From Toensbergia leucococca (lineage: Eukaryota): DNA of 47,376 nt. Below, one piece after another: positions 11,797 to 22,875 of the stretch. Each line of letters begins with the position of its first letter. The first letter of the stretch is position 1. A model generated the notes under the pieces. It was not told the origin of the DNA and ran no database searches. It was given only the letters and a program-made list of their open reading frames with translations. A program made the translations under genes and the position numbers. The stretch is taken from contig JALDZS010000013.1 of the NCBI GenBank assembly GCA_022813965.1, positions 186,001 to 233,376 of the forward strand, written 5' to 3'.

Positions 11797-12531
11797 ATGC
11801 CAGGGCGGCTACCAAAACCCTTCGACTTCACAAGTACCATCCACCTAACCATCACCCCGCCACCCCTGAATCACCAACCCGTGAACATCCTTATCCTCCT
11901 ACACGGTCTCGGCGATACCAACGCCCCCTTTAGCAATTTGGGAAAGCAGCTGTCTCTTCCCGAAACAGCATGCATCTCGCTACAAGCCCCGACGCCCCTG
12001 CCCTTCAATCTCGGAGGCTTCCATTGGGGCGATGATATCGTCTTTGATCAGACATCCGGTCAGATGGATGTCGATACAGGCTTTTCGAAAGCTACCATAC
12101 TTTTGAAGGACATCATCGAAAACGGCTTGGGAGCCAAGTGCGGGTACAGTCCGCAAGAAATTGTGCTGTTTGGCTTGGGTCAAGGTGCTATGGCTGCGCT
12201 TGCTGCAGCATTGCCGTTTCCGGAAGATCTGGGAGGGATCATCTCCATCGGAGGGCCGTTACCAATTTCGAAATCTCCCTTAGCAACAGGAGCGTCCAAC
12301 AAGTCCAAGACTCCAGTACTCGTGCTTGGCGGTTCCTCTAATACCCTGATTACGCCGAAAGCCATAATTACACTGAAAACAGTGTTTGAGTTTCTCGAAT
12401 ATTCAGGATGGGTTAGATCACAAGATGGTATGCCGCGCAGCCGCGAGGAAATGCTGCCAATCATGCAATTCTTCTCTCGAAGGTTGAAGAGTCGAAGAGG
12501 AATACCGCAAGGGAGCGTTGAAATTGGGTGA
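11797..12531 (+). CDS. Phospholipase/carboxylesterase-family alpha/beta-hydrolase
   Basis: LILLHGLGD, FHWGDD, LFGLGQG, IISIGG and TPVLVLGG motifs; first ATG at 11797 (MPGRLP). Confidence 0.85.
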   Translation: MPGRLPKPFDFTSTIHLTITPPPLNHQPVNILILLHGLGDTNAPFSNLGKQLSLPETACISLQAPTPLPFNLGGFHWGDDIVFDQTSGQMDVDTGFSKATILLKDIIENGLGAKCGYSPQEIVLFGLGQGAMAALAAALPFPEDLGGIISIGGPLPISKSPLATGASNKSKTPVLVLGGSSNTLITPKAIITLKTVFEFLEYSGWVRSQDGMPRSREEMLPIMQFFSRRLKSRRGIPQGSVEIG

Positions 12532-12579
12532 ATGATATTTCTTTCTCGGCCAGGAAGGGAATGAACGTCATTGTCCGTA

Positions 12580-14628
12580 TCACAGTCTCCCCAATACCTC
12601 CCTCACGTTCGCCACCGCAACTCTAGCTACCTTCCTCTCCTCTACCCCAATCCCATCAATTGCCACCTTACCACCATCCGTCAGCACTTTACGAACAGTA
12701 CTTTCTACCGATCTCAGAGTTATCCTTCCGTCTTCTCTGACTTTTCCCTCCCACGCCTCCTTAGTGTTCTCCCATCTCCTCTGCAGTCTTCTTAAACTCC
12801 ACACAAGCCCCGCCGCAGTGATGGCACCGGCTTCGAAAACAGATGTAGAGGTTGTTGATACGTAGATTAGCCCGGACAAAGCCGACGTGAGAGCCGTTGT
12901 TGAAAGTGTTTGTAAGACAAGTCGCTGCGCTAAAGCTTGTAGAGGGGGGATGGTACGGAGGGCGAGATTGTAACGGCAAAAAGCAATTTCATGCGGCCAG
13001 GGATGAGATTTCCCCAAAAGACCGCCAGCGTCGGGAAACGACGTTGGGAGTGGAAGGAAATCTCGAACACGAAGGGCCGGTGGGAGGCTACCGGAAGTAC
13101 GCTCTTTTTCTTGAGCTTGAGTTGCGTCTTCTGAGCCTGGTTCTGAGGAAGAAAGAAAACCAGCTTGGGACATACGTCCACATAGGTATATGAGATTCTT
13201 CTCGGCGGAGAGCAGCCAGGCTTGGTGGAGGATGGAAGAAGTGATGGTGGTGACGTCGTCGACGCGGTGGATGAGCTTGTACCATGCCAACTTACTCCAG
13301 GCTGTGTGGAAGGCTATATCTAGCTGATCGCGGAGTTCGGTGTGGGAGGTCTCGGCCCAAGCCAGGAGGGCGGAAGTGAGGTCTTGGATTGTGCTCTGTG
13401 GAATGGACGCTGCTATTGCGTCGTTGAGTTTTTGGGCTTCTTCTTGGAGGATTGTTTCGTCTGTATTGTTGGAGAGGTATTCGATGACTCGATATACCGC
13501 TGGTTTAAGGGTGGAGGGTTCTGTCTTGGTATCTGCTGTCAACCAAGTGGATAGGATGGGAATTCCGCTGTCGAACCACGAGTGCTCGTACTCGGTCGAA
13601 TTTTCCAGGGATTTTCGAAAGACCTGTATTGCACCAATTGCGGTGTCAAGATTAATCATATTGATCACCTGGTCTGGCCCCTCAATATGCTTTTGGGATT
13701 GCAATTTCGAATTGATAGCTCCTGTAACCATGTCTTCTTCGTCGACCCGTAATAGCCCAGCTGCGTATTCTAAAAGCCCATCTAAGCCTTCTCCATAGAC
13801 TATGGCCTTGTGTACTGGATAGTTGACCATCGAATACCTACCATTGGCCGAGGTGGGCATTTCTAAACTAGGTACCAAAACCGTCTGTATGCTTCTCTTG
13901 ACCGAAGTGTCCTTTAACGAAACAGTCGAAAGGAGTATCTCGACTTTGTGGGAATAAAGGATTGGCGATGGGATGTGGAGAGTCCGTAGGAGGGGATGGC
14001 TCTTATCGTAGTTCCATTCTTCTCCATAGCTTGGAAATGTTGATTAGATGACCTCTGAACCTATCTCAACATGGACATACCGTATGAGTATTCCTCTCCC
14101 ATCATCATCGACGGGGAAATCTAATTGCTGCTCCCATCTTTGTTCTGGTGCCAAAGGATCTGCCAGCAGAACTCTTACAAGCCTGCTCGGTCCCTGTAAA
14201 CCGTTTAAACCAAGCACTGAACGTGATATCAGCGTCACTCTAAAGTCAATCTCGAATAGGTAGCACAGCATACCAGCTACTCGCACGGTGGCATCCTCCG
14301 ATTCAAGCCCCTTCAATGCCAATTGCAATTGACTTAGGTTGACATAGGTTGCTGCTCTGGTTTGCAGAAGACTCAATGCTTGATGTAGGTCTCGGAAGGC
14401 AGGAGGTATCTCTTTCTTGGCTCCGATCATACTGACAGGAGCTACGGTCGAAGCTAATCTTGCTCGAGGACGACGATGACACGCCTTGAGATTCCATTGG
14501 ACTTCCTTCCTCAAGGGATGCGGAGACAGACTTCTTCGAAAGTGACATGAGGGGCAGACAAAAGACCTTGGCTTTCGAAGAAGGATGGTTTCACGAAGTC
14601 GACGCTGAAGGTTCAATCGTGGAGGCAT
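12580..14628 (-). CDS. Conserved fungal membrane protein, Mmc1-like (multi-exon), probable mitochondrial presequence
   Basis: Arg-rich N-terminus MPPRLNLQRRLR…; motifs RVLLADPL, VNYPVHKAIVYGEG, WSKLAWYKLIHRVDDV; C-terminal hydrophobic segment AGAITAAGLVWSLRRLQRRWE. Confidence 0.65.
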
Positions 14629-14896
14629 AAGGAGTGGGCAGAGTCGTATATCGCGTAGTGTCCGGCCTCGATGAATTTCCGTTAGAAGGGTCTATCCGTA
14701 CCCCACACCTAAATCGGCCAAACCCATCACTCGGCCAACCCTATAGGGCTGAGCAGGCAAATTTTCGCGATTTTTTCTCCATCACCTATTATCACCTCCA
14801 TACTAACTATCGAAGTGTTCTATTTGGTTATTTCAACCTCTCAGTCCTACTGTGTCATTTCAGTACTTTGTAGGCCTCCCTTCTGAGCCTCCATTC

Positions 14897-14975
14897 AGAA
14901 CCTCAGGGGTGGTATTCGAAGGAGGAGAATTAAGAACCTCAGGGATGGTATTCAGAGGAGAGATCAGGACCTCAG
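14897..14975. repeat. Degenerate ~35-bp tandem repeat (AGAACCTCAGGGRTGGTATTC…) at the left edge of the cluster
   Basis: Two near-identical units plus a partial third (GGACCTCAGG), followed by a GAAGAG run. Confidence 0.6.
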
Positions 14976-15054
14976 GTGAGGGGGTGAAGGAAGAGGAAGA
15001 GGAAGAGGACTGATAAGGTAGATCTGACATAATGATAGCTGTGGGAGCTGACTT

Positions 15055-16881
15055 CTAATTGTTGGATCCCTGAGCAGTCTCTCGCTTGACGGAACGCCAT
15101 TCCATCAATAAGCTCCCAATGATGGTGGCGCCAGCCAAAGCGACCACAAAATACCATACTCCATCGAGGCTATGGCTAATGATTTCGAGCACTTCCCCTG
15201 CCTTCGCAGGCGGTACGCTCTTGACGAATTCTTTCAGACCATCATTTTTTATCTCTGAAAGATTCAGGCCTTTAATGGACATCAGACTAGCATTCAGCTT
15301 TGTCTGAAAGATCAGTTCCCCAATGACAATTGCCAGTGAGGGTCCGAAAGACTGCGCGAAAAATATGAATGACAAGCCAAGCGGAACATCATCAGCGGCC
15401 AGGACGGTCTGGACAGCCACCGATGACATCCCAAAGCTGATACCGTTACCGATGCCCCATATGCACGTGTATCCAATCAGTTTGGCAAGACTGGTGTGTA
15501 CGTTGAACGTTGTGACCAGGCCTGCCGCTACTGTCATAATTACTGTACCGGCAAGCAGAAACGGTGCGTAGTACCCGAATTTGCTGACACAAAAGCCCGC
15601 GAGGATAGCCCCGATGGATCCAAGAATAATGAAGGGTAATAGCAGATAGCCACTTTTGGCTGGCGTGTAGCCTTGAACTGTCTGGTAATAAGTAGGAAGG
15701 TAATATTCGAAAGACTGGCCAGCACTATTCATGAAGAACATGAATAGAAAGCCGGCAGCAACGCTTCGGTGCCGCATGATGCGGGGCGGAAGGGCAGCAC
15801 GGTCACCCCGCCGGAATTGATTGACAACGAAGGCGATAAGGAGGACCCCGGCTGTGACGAGTAGACCGATAATTGTCCCAGATCCCCATTGACACTTTGT
15901 GCCACCCCAACTCAGCGCAAGGAAGAGAGATATCATCGCGGGAATGAAGATTAGATTGCTCACAATATCGACATCAGAAATCTTCTCTGTCGTCGACATA
16001 TGCGCGATACTAGTGGATTTTGGCTTGTCGCGTATGCAGAACAGCGTAAGGAGTGCAGCCAGAGACCCAAGCGGCAAATTGATGTAAAAGCACCATCTCC
16101 AGCCTGCATACTGTACAAGGATACCTCCTAAGAGAGGGCCGGACAGCATCGAAACGCCTTCCAGTCCAGTTCCTAGCCCGAGCCAAATTGGGCGTACCTG
16201 CAGCGGCGTCGATTGCACAAGTATATTGAAGAGACCGGCATTTAGCCCTGCGGCACCCAGTCCAGTAACTGCTCTCCCGACGACCAACATGATCGAGGAA
16301 GTCGCTGTTGCACAAAGCGCTGAGCCAAAAAGGAACACGATATTCGCCGTGAGAAATATCGGTTTGATGGGGAAAAGAAAGTACGTCTTGCCGAAGATAA
16401 ATTGAAACGCACAGAGAGTAAGTCGAAACGCTGCAGCATACCATCCGACGTCTGCGACCGTATGGAAATGATCAGTGATGGCTGGCACGGCGGTCGCGAC
16501 GATATTCATATCGAGATTGACCAGTACTACCACTGCGCTCAGCGCGAGTATAGTGAGCCCGAATCTCAATCCAGTAGGGTATTCTGCTCCATCTATGAGA
16601 GTACCTGGTTCGTTGTTGTCGTCCTTTTCGTTTTGGGAAGCGCTGTGGGGGGTATCATGTGGTGCCTGCTCCTCGATCTTGCTCATATCGGATGTTGCAG
16701 CAGTATCCTTCCTGTTTGCGACATCCTCCATCCCTATGGCATCTGTGAGTTGAACTGCACCGTCCTTGCCATCCTTGACACTTTGAGGAACGCTATGGCA
16801 GGCGCTGGGAGGAGTGTCGTGAAGTGCCTGATCATCGAATCTGCTCGTTTCGGTACCTTCGCCAGCCCCGACGTTCTTCAT
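15055..16881 (-). CDS. MFS DHA2 (14-TM) efflux transporter of the fungal toxin-pump type, intronless
   Basis: LDMNIVATAVPAITDHFH…DVGWY, GRAVTGLGAAG, GPLLGG…WRWCFYINLP, YYLPTYYQTVQG and a C-terminal MEWRSVK; first ATG at 16881. Confidence 0.92.
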   Translation of the reverse strand: MKNVGAGEGTETSRFDDQALHDTPPSACHSVPQSVKDGKDGAVQLTDAIGMEDVANRKDTAATSDMSKIEEQAPHDTPHSASQNEKDDNNEPGTLIDGAEYPTGLRFGLTILALSAVVVLVNLDMNIVATAVPAITDHFHTVADVGWYAAAFRLTLCAFQFIFGKTYFLFPIKPIFLTANIVFLFGSALCATATSSIMLVVGRAVTGLGAAGLNAGLFNILVQSTPLQVRPIWLGLGTGLEGVSMLSGPLLGGILVQYAGWRWCFYINLPLGSLAALLTLFCIRDKPKSTSIAHMSTTEKISDVDIVSNLIFIPAMISLFLALSWGGTKCQWGSGTIIGLLVTAGVLLIAFVVNQFRRGDRAALPPRIMRHRSVAAGFLFMFFMNSAGQSFEYYLPTYYQTVQGYTPAKSGYLLLPFIILGSIGAILAGFCVSKFGYYAPFLLAGTVIMTVAAGLVTTFNVHTSLAKLIGYTCIWGIGNGISFGMSSVAVQTVLAADDVPLGLSFIFFAQSFGPSLAIVIGELIFQTKLNASLMSIKGLNLSEIKNDGLKEFVKSVPPAKAGEVLEIISHSLDGVWYFVVALAGATIIGSLLMEWRSVKRETAQGSNN

Positions 16882-16935
16882 CTCGAAGGGAGTCAATTAC
16901 TGGCGTTGAGACACAGCCTCAATCAACACTTAGTA

Positions 16936-17131
16936 CAGTTCACTCTGGTTATAAGGAATCTGGTTATAAGGAACACTAACAAATCTCTCGATATGAGGAA
17001 CAAGACAGATTGCTCAACAAGGATACTTAATACGGGAACAGGGATTTTCTATAAGGAACTCTGGATATAAGGAATATTTTTCGTCGTTGGCCATAGAGAT
17101 TTTTCGTGTTCCTTATAACCAGAGTGAACTG
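16936..17131. mobile_element. 196-bp Tc1/mariner-type MITE
   Basis: Perfect 23-bp terminal inverted repeats CAGTTCACTCTGGTTATAAGGAA (16936-16958) and TTCCTTATAACCAGAGTGAACTG (17109-17131), TA on both flanks, and internal copies of TATAAGGAA. Confidence 0.9.
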
Positions 17132-17410
17132 TATTCGTTGGTCCACAGGTCTCTCAAGTCTTATTACAAGAGTGTGTGTCTTCCATAACAAGGCCTCAGC
17201 TTCAGCTGGATATTTTAATTATTTTGTGCCACTCTTATGCAGCCCCGAAACTAAGCCCATCCGAGCGACACAGGAGTTCTCAAAATTCGTGAGACAAACC
17301 AATTTGGCTTGTGGAAACATTACAATGCAGATCAGACCCGTATCTGTATCTTCCGAACTCTACGCCTGCTCATACCGAATACAGCCTAGTTATGCTGTTC
17401 GCTGGCGATC

Positions 17411-17444
17411 AGCCGCTGGTGCCGCTCGCTAACATGGGCTGGTA
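17411..17444. promoter_or_regulatory. Shared promoter motif, copy 1 (AGCCGC-N5-CCGCTCGCTAACATGGGCTGGTA)
   Basis: 23-bp exact match to 22887-22909; lies in the MFS/oxoamine synthase divergent intergenic region. Confidence 0.55.
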
Positions 17445-17691
17445 ATTGTCAGCAAAAAGACCGCCCCTGATGAGGGACACAACATGGAAATTCAGGTTCA
17501 GCATCCAACATACATGCATTATGTTCCATCACTAGGTAGATAGGCGCCACTTATAAAATGAGCTTAGCTCCGGGTCATATACCTGCGAGACCCTCTCGAA
17601 CATCGAGCTCATTTCGGTCAACAAACACTGGAAACCTCGTATGATTAAACTCTACTGTCAGGGCACTCTTTGGCACCTCAGATTCAGTATC

Positions 17692-19221
17692 ATGGCTAAT
17701 ACCACCACTTACGCCGAGCGCATGCTCAAAATATGGCTCAATGAGCACGAATTGAAGTCACCGGCGATGAAAAATGCACCTGCTTTCGATCGAAATTTGG
17801 AAGAATCCCTGGATCGAGCTCGTAAGGACTTTGGACTTATGACTGCCAAGCCGCGCTGGGACGAGTCTGTAATAGACTTCACTACGAGCGACTTCCTTAG
17901 TCTCAGTCGTTCTGGCAAAATTCGAGAGGCTACAAAGGCCGAACTTGAACGACAAGGAGAATTTTTGCTGTCTGCCTCTGGATCAAGGCCTCAATTCGGG
18001 AACTACGACTACCTTCTGCAAGTGGAAAAGGAAATTGCGGAGTTCCATAACGCTGAAACAGCTTGGGTAGCGCATTCTGGCTTTTTCGCCTGCGCGGGTG
18101 TCATCGAGGCCGTGCTTTTGCCAGGAGACGCAATCGTATATGATGAGCTCATGCACTCCAGCACACATATCGGAATGAAGATTAGCAGGGCGGCTCATCG
18201 GCTGCCATTCCGCCACAGCGATCCTCATTCTCTCAGAGAGATTCTTAGCGGGCTGAAAGAGAAATATACAGCATTCCGCAATGGAACTCAATCGATCCTT
18301 GTCTGCGTTGAGTCGATCTATAGCATGGACGGTGACATCTGCCCGTTGCAAGAGGTTGTTGACGTGGTGAAGGAGCTTTTCCCTCTTGGAAACGCACAAA
18401 TCTTTATGGACGAGGCGCACAGTAGTGGGGTGTTGGGACCGAAGGGATCTGGCTTGGTGCAGATGCTTGGACTCGAGAAGGAGATCGCCATCAGGGTCCA
18501 CATGTGCAGTAAAGCTCTTGGGTCCACTGGGGGTAACACGTTCCCGCCGTCGATGATGTAGAAGCCGCTAATGTTGATGACAGGTGTGATTTTGTGCAGC
18601 CCTACAATTCGACGTGCTATCTTGCATGATTCGCGCTGTCTGACGTATTCGGGCGCGCCCTCCACTTTGATGGTTGCATCGATCCGGTGTGGCTACAACT
18701 TCCTTGCAAGTGGCGAAACCAAAGAGGTAAGTTTCGGTGCTGATGAAAATCAAACTCACAAGCAACATGCATGCGTAGCACTGATGAATAGACAGGCACA
18801 GGATCGTATTCAGACAAACGTGAAGTACTTCTTTGAGAAGCTGACAATAGACGATGTGTGGCAGGACGCTGTGGACATCGGCCTGCTTTCATGCCCGCTT
18901 CTCGAAGACTGGGAACAGCGTCAAATCCATAGTCACATTGTGCCGATCCGTACGCGTCCTCGCCATGAGCAATATTTGTTCTTTCACATGTCAATGGCGG
19001 GGATGAATGCGTACAACGTTTCTTATCCCACGGTGGCGAAAGGCTTGAGCCGCATTCGCATGGTTTTTCATGCACACAACACCGAGGTAGAGATTGACTT
19101 AGCAGTCGCATCCATTTCATCCTGGGCAGCTGAGATGTTAGAAATCACAAAGAGCGGTGAGATCGACAGGTTGCCTAAAGCGGCGGTACAGGTATATGCA
19201 ATGCAGGCACAGCAGGCATAG
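17692..19221 (+). CDS. PLP-dependent alpha-oxoamine synthase (BioF/SPT/Fum8 class), likely polyketide-releasing enzyme; introns 18533-18583 and 18727-18795
   Basis: DFTTSDFLSLS, SGSR, YDELMHSS, FRHSD, ESIYSMDGD, DEAHS, CSKALGSTGG (PLP lysine) and RIRMVFHAHNT. Confidence 0.92.
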
Positions 19222-19415
19222 CAGGTCAATTTTCATGCATGTTCGAGGATGCATAATTTGAATCCCATTATCAATATCCATGTAGTTTAAGCATGCATAT
19301 TTGAATCTCATTGACAAGCAAAGCTTAGTATTGACCACATTAGGAAGGAGGAGTCCCTTGCTGCCTTCTTTGCATCTCACCAGCAAATAAGGATTGTTGA
19401 GACAGAAGATCTTCT

Positions 19416-19578
19416 CGGTCGACCGATAATAGGTGGGTAGGAGTGGCCTGAAGGGGTTCGATTCCTCTGCATTTTGGGCGGCCGTCGGGGCCAGCGCACC
19501 TCCTCTCCCGGTATATCTAGATGATGAAATGCGTTAGCTAGATAGACTGAAAATAAAATCAAACTTACGCCTGAGACA
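19416..19578. repeat. ~160-bp repeat, inverted copy of 24783-24940, flanked by 18-bp direct repeats TGAGACAGAAGATCTTCT (19398-19415, 19572-19589)
   Basis: Its reverse complement aligns with 24783-24940 (e.g. CATCATCTAGATATACCGGGAGAGGAGG); the spurious ORFs at 19377 and 24782 translate almost identically. Confidence 0.9.
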
Positions 19579-19812
19579 GAAGATCTTCTGGGTCCAACTT
19601 GCTCCATTTGATCTAGCGCGGGTGCTTGCAGTGCTTAATCCTGTCCAGTGTACTTGTTACACCGGTTCGTAGAAGCTGAGGAAACGATCATGGGCACCTG
19701 GGGCGCCACATCCATAACTTCTCAAGAATGTCATAGCTGCCTCATCAAAGTCTTCCATCTAGATCTCTAGGCCCCAATCTGTTTGAGCGGCCACCATTCA
19801 ACTGTGCAGACC

Positions 19813-21109
19813 ATGGCTTCCATGTTTGCTCGACGAATTCGCGACAAGTTCTGGCCGGAGGCACTCCCTGCCGGCCAGGCTTTTGCTGGGAAGACGGTGT
19901 TAATCACTGGCGGCACTTCAGGCCTGGGCCGAGCTGCTGCCATACACTTTGTGAGACTTGGAGCAAAGATTGTCATCACTTCACGTAGCTTTGCCCATGG
20001 TGGAGTGATGGCAAGGACCATAGAGACGGAGACTGGACTTGAATCGGGTCAGGTTGCTGTTAAACAGCTTGACATGGGCCGATATGCTTCATGCACAGCA
20101 TTTGTTGATGAGCTCAGGCGCGAATATGGGCCCAAAGGTATAGATTATGCAATACTCAATGCAGGCGTGATACAGGCAGACTTTGAAGAGAGCCCTGAAG
20201 GATGGTACGCCCTTTTCTATGCCCCCTTTTGTAGACCAGAGTGATTGCTCACATTTCGTCATTTTTTACAGGGAGCAGACGATCCAAGTCAATGCCCTCA
20301 GCACTGCATTGGTGGGTCTTCTCCTTTTCTCATGGATGAAGCAGGCGGTGGCTGCACCAGATCGCCAGTGTCACCTGATCTTTGTAACCTCTCGCGACCA
20401 CACTGATCCAGACATTACTGCTTGGCCATTGGATCCAGACAAGAATATTCTCGAGCATCTCAGTAGCGCCCAGAACTGGCCGACGAATCAATTCGGTCCC
20501 AATTATGCGAATAGTAAATTGATACTTACATATGTAGTTGAAGAACTGTGCAGACGCGCAGTGGACACGAACACGGACGAGTAAGTTGACCCATGAATAT
20601 CTAATTAGTATCCTTCCTGATGCTTTAAACTAGTGTTTCGGTCATTATCAACAGTGTCTGTCCAGGACTTGTAAGCACAGATATGGGGCAGTCGATCATG
20701 CAAAAATCTTTGATTGTCCGCTTGATGGTGCCCTGCTACCTTTTCCTCTTCGGAAAGTCACCGGATTACGGCGCCCGCTTCTATGTCAGTGCTGCACTGA
20801 AATCCGAAAAGCAACATGTCAGTCCCGTGTAAATCCCCTCTGAATGGCAATTTTACCAATCTAATTTCGAATGGTAAAGGGCGACTATGTCCAATCGCTT
20901 TTCACACCAGCAGAGTATCAGCGGTAACTTCTTACCTCAATGACTCTGATTGCAAAGGATATGCGTACTAACTAATACTCGGAACTAGCTTGGCAACACC
21001 AAATTTGAAGAGCGCAGCGGCGGTAAAGGTAAAAGCAAAAGTCTTGGACGAAATCTTCGTCGAGTTTCGAAAGAAGATACCTAAATTTGATGAGGTAATT
21101 TGCACTTAA
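19813..21109 (+). CDS. Short-chain dehydrogenase/reductase (retinol-DH/WWOX-like), multi-exon
   Basis: GKTVLITGGTSGLG, ILNAG, EQTIQVNALST, YANSK and VIINSVCPGLVSTDMG; last exon ends …EVICT* at 21109. Confidence 0.88.
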
Positions 21110-21495
21110 ATCAAGATCGGGTTGTTCCACACATGAATGAACAGCCAGTTGTCCCCTTTCGATTGTTGCTCATAGTCGGCCTCTTGGATCAACTCTCAGT
21201 TTTCCGAGTTTCATGCGAATATTTCATCCGCCTCGTTGTTTTATTGTGTCGTGATGAGCAATAGGACAACATATCAATGCGCATCTCCATATGGGGTAGA
21301 TCTATCTGGTCTTCTTTGATATCTAGTCTATCCTAAAGTGTAAGGAAACTAAGAAACCAATGAATTGAAGAACTGCATATATGTATTGAAATGAAAGTAG
21401 AGAAGCAGCAACGTGAGAATGTTTTGTTCTTGCTAACTGAGAGGCTGCTTCAAGCTTCCATATAGTAACCGCAATCTGTGTATGTTCAACTCCTT

Positions 21496-22650
21496 TTAGC
21501 CTGTAGATGAAGCCATACCGAGAATCAGCGCTTGAACTTTGGCTTCCGGCCGCTTTCCATCAGTCCAATCGACTTTCCCAAACCCCGCAGACTTTAGAAC
21601 TTTGGCCCAATCATGCGGTTCTTGCAACACATACTTCCTCTGATCTTCGAACATCCACCATCCAAGAAATAGCCCGAAAATCATATCAGCCCACAGCATC
21701 TGTGCTGTCAACTCATGGAGAACGACAAAACCATCCGGGCGGAGCATAGTCCGAACATTCGTCATTGCAGTCGATACATTCGGCGTAGCATGAAAGACGT
21801 TAGAGCCTAGTACAATATGCTGAGTGTGGCGGAGGTGCTCTGCTGGCTCCTTTTCGATGTCCAGGACTTCGAATTTGACGAAAGGGTATTTCTCAAACTT
21901 TTCTTGGGCCAGTGCACCAAAGGACGAACCAAGATCCGTCATCGTGTAAACCACAGGAATCCCCAAACGAGCGAGCACAGGCACAATTTTCCACGTCGTA
22001 CCCCCAGTACCTGCTCCGACTTCCAAAATCCGGAGTGCTTCGCCATGATGTGGCCACATGGCCCCGATTTTCTTGAAGAAGAGAGACAATTGATCAAGTA
22101 CTGTGCTGAAGAGCCTTGACTTGGCATAGAAATCTGACAACAAGGTCTTCCCAACATCGGTGCCGAACAGAAGCTTTACGGCGTCGGTCTTGCCTTGCAA
22201 AAACTCCTTAAAGCTTACGCTCGTGATTGAAATGAGTCGAAGCTCCACGTTTTGGTCGGGCCTATCATCCAAGAGATCTTCTAGCAGGTCGCTAGGTTCA
22301 TCGCAGGCACAAGGGACAGATGTACGTATGATGTTTCCGTCTCTCATTTCAACCAGTCCCGCTTTATGCTCCAGTATATTGTAAATGAAATCGACGTATT
22401 TAGCCCGGCTAGGATCGTGTTCTACCCGTGTGAGCTTCGTACCAGGGGCGGCAGATTGGACATGGCATCCAAGATCTTCAAATGCCTTGCAGAAGACGAC
22501 AATCACAAGCTCGTCTGTTCTTACGAGAAACTCTTCGGAGTATGTGTCCATTCCGTTGCGGACCAATAAATCATCGGTCTTCTCTTTGATTTTTTCGAAC
22601 GCACGCACCACCGAATCAAGGTTGAAAGAATCTTCTGACTTGGAGGGCAT
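21496..22650 (-). CDS. Stand-alone SAM-dependent methyltransferase resembling a fungal PKS C-methyltransferase domain, 384 aa, intronless
   Basis: LRILEVGAGTGGTT, YTMTDL, LDIEKEP, HIVLGSNVFHAT, LRPDGFVVLHELT and DMIFGLFLGWWMFEDQR; includes the N-terminal helical subdomain (KAFEDLGC) seen in NR-PKS cMT domains. Confidence 0.88.
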   Translation of the reverse strand: MPSKSEDSFNLDSVVRAFEKIKEKTDDLLVRNGMDTYSEEFLVRTDELVIVVFCKAFEDLGCHVQSAAPGTKLTRVEHDPSRAKYVDFIYNILEHKAGLVEMRDGNIIRTSVPCACDEPSDLLEDLLDDRPDQNVELRLISITSVSFKEFLQGKTDAVKLLFGTDVGKTLLSDFYAKSRLFSTVLDQLSLFFKKIGAMWPHHGEALRILEVGAGTGGTTWKIVPVLARLGIPVVYTMTDLGSSFGALAQEKFEKYPFVKFEVLDIEKEPAEHLRHTQHIVLGSNVFHATPNVSTAMTNVRTMLRPDGFVVLHELTAQMLWADMIFGLFLGWWMFEDQRKYVLQEPHDWAKVLKSAGFGKVDWTDGKRPEAKVQALILGMASSTG

Positions 22651-22875
22651 CTTGACGTTGGAAGGAGATTCGAAGGGTTGGTGTTGACTGACGTATACTC
22701 TTGCTAGAAGAGGTCATGCATGAATTTTCAGCGGTGTTCACATATGAATGTAATGTACGATAACTATTAAAGTATGAAGGTTGTTACCCTTCAAAAGTGG
22801 TGTGCTAGCCCACTTATATTGGTATTGTTACACCATAAAAAGAACTTATAATACAGCCCAAAGTGAGCACTTTTT

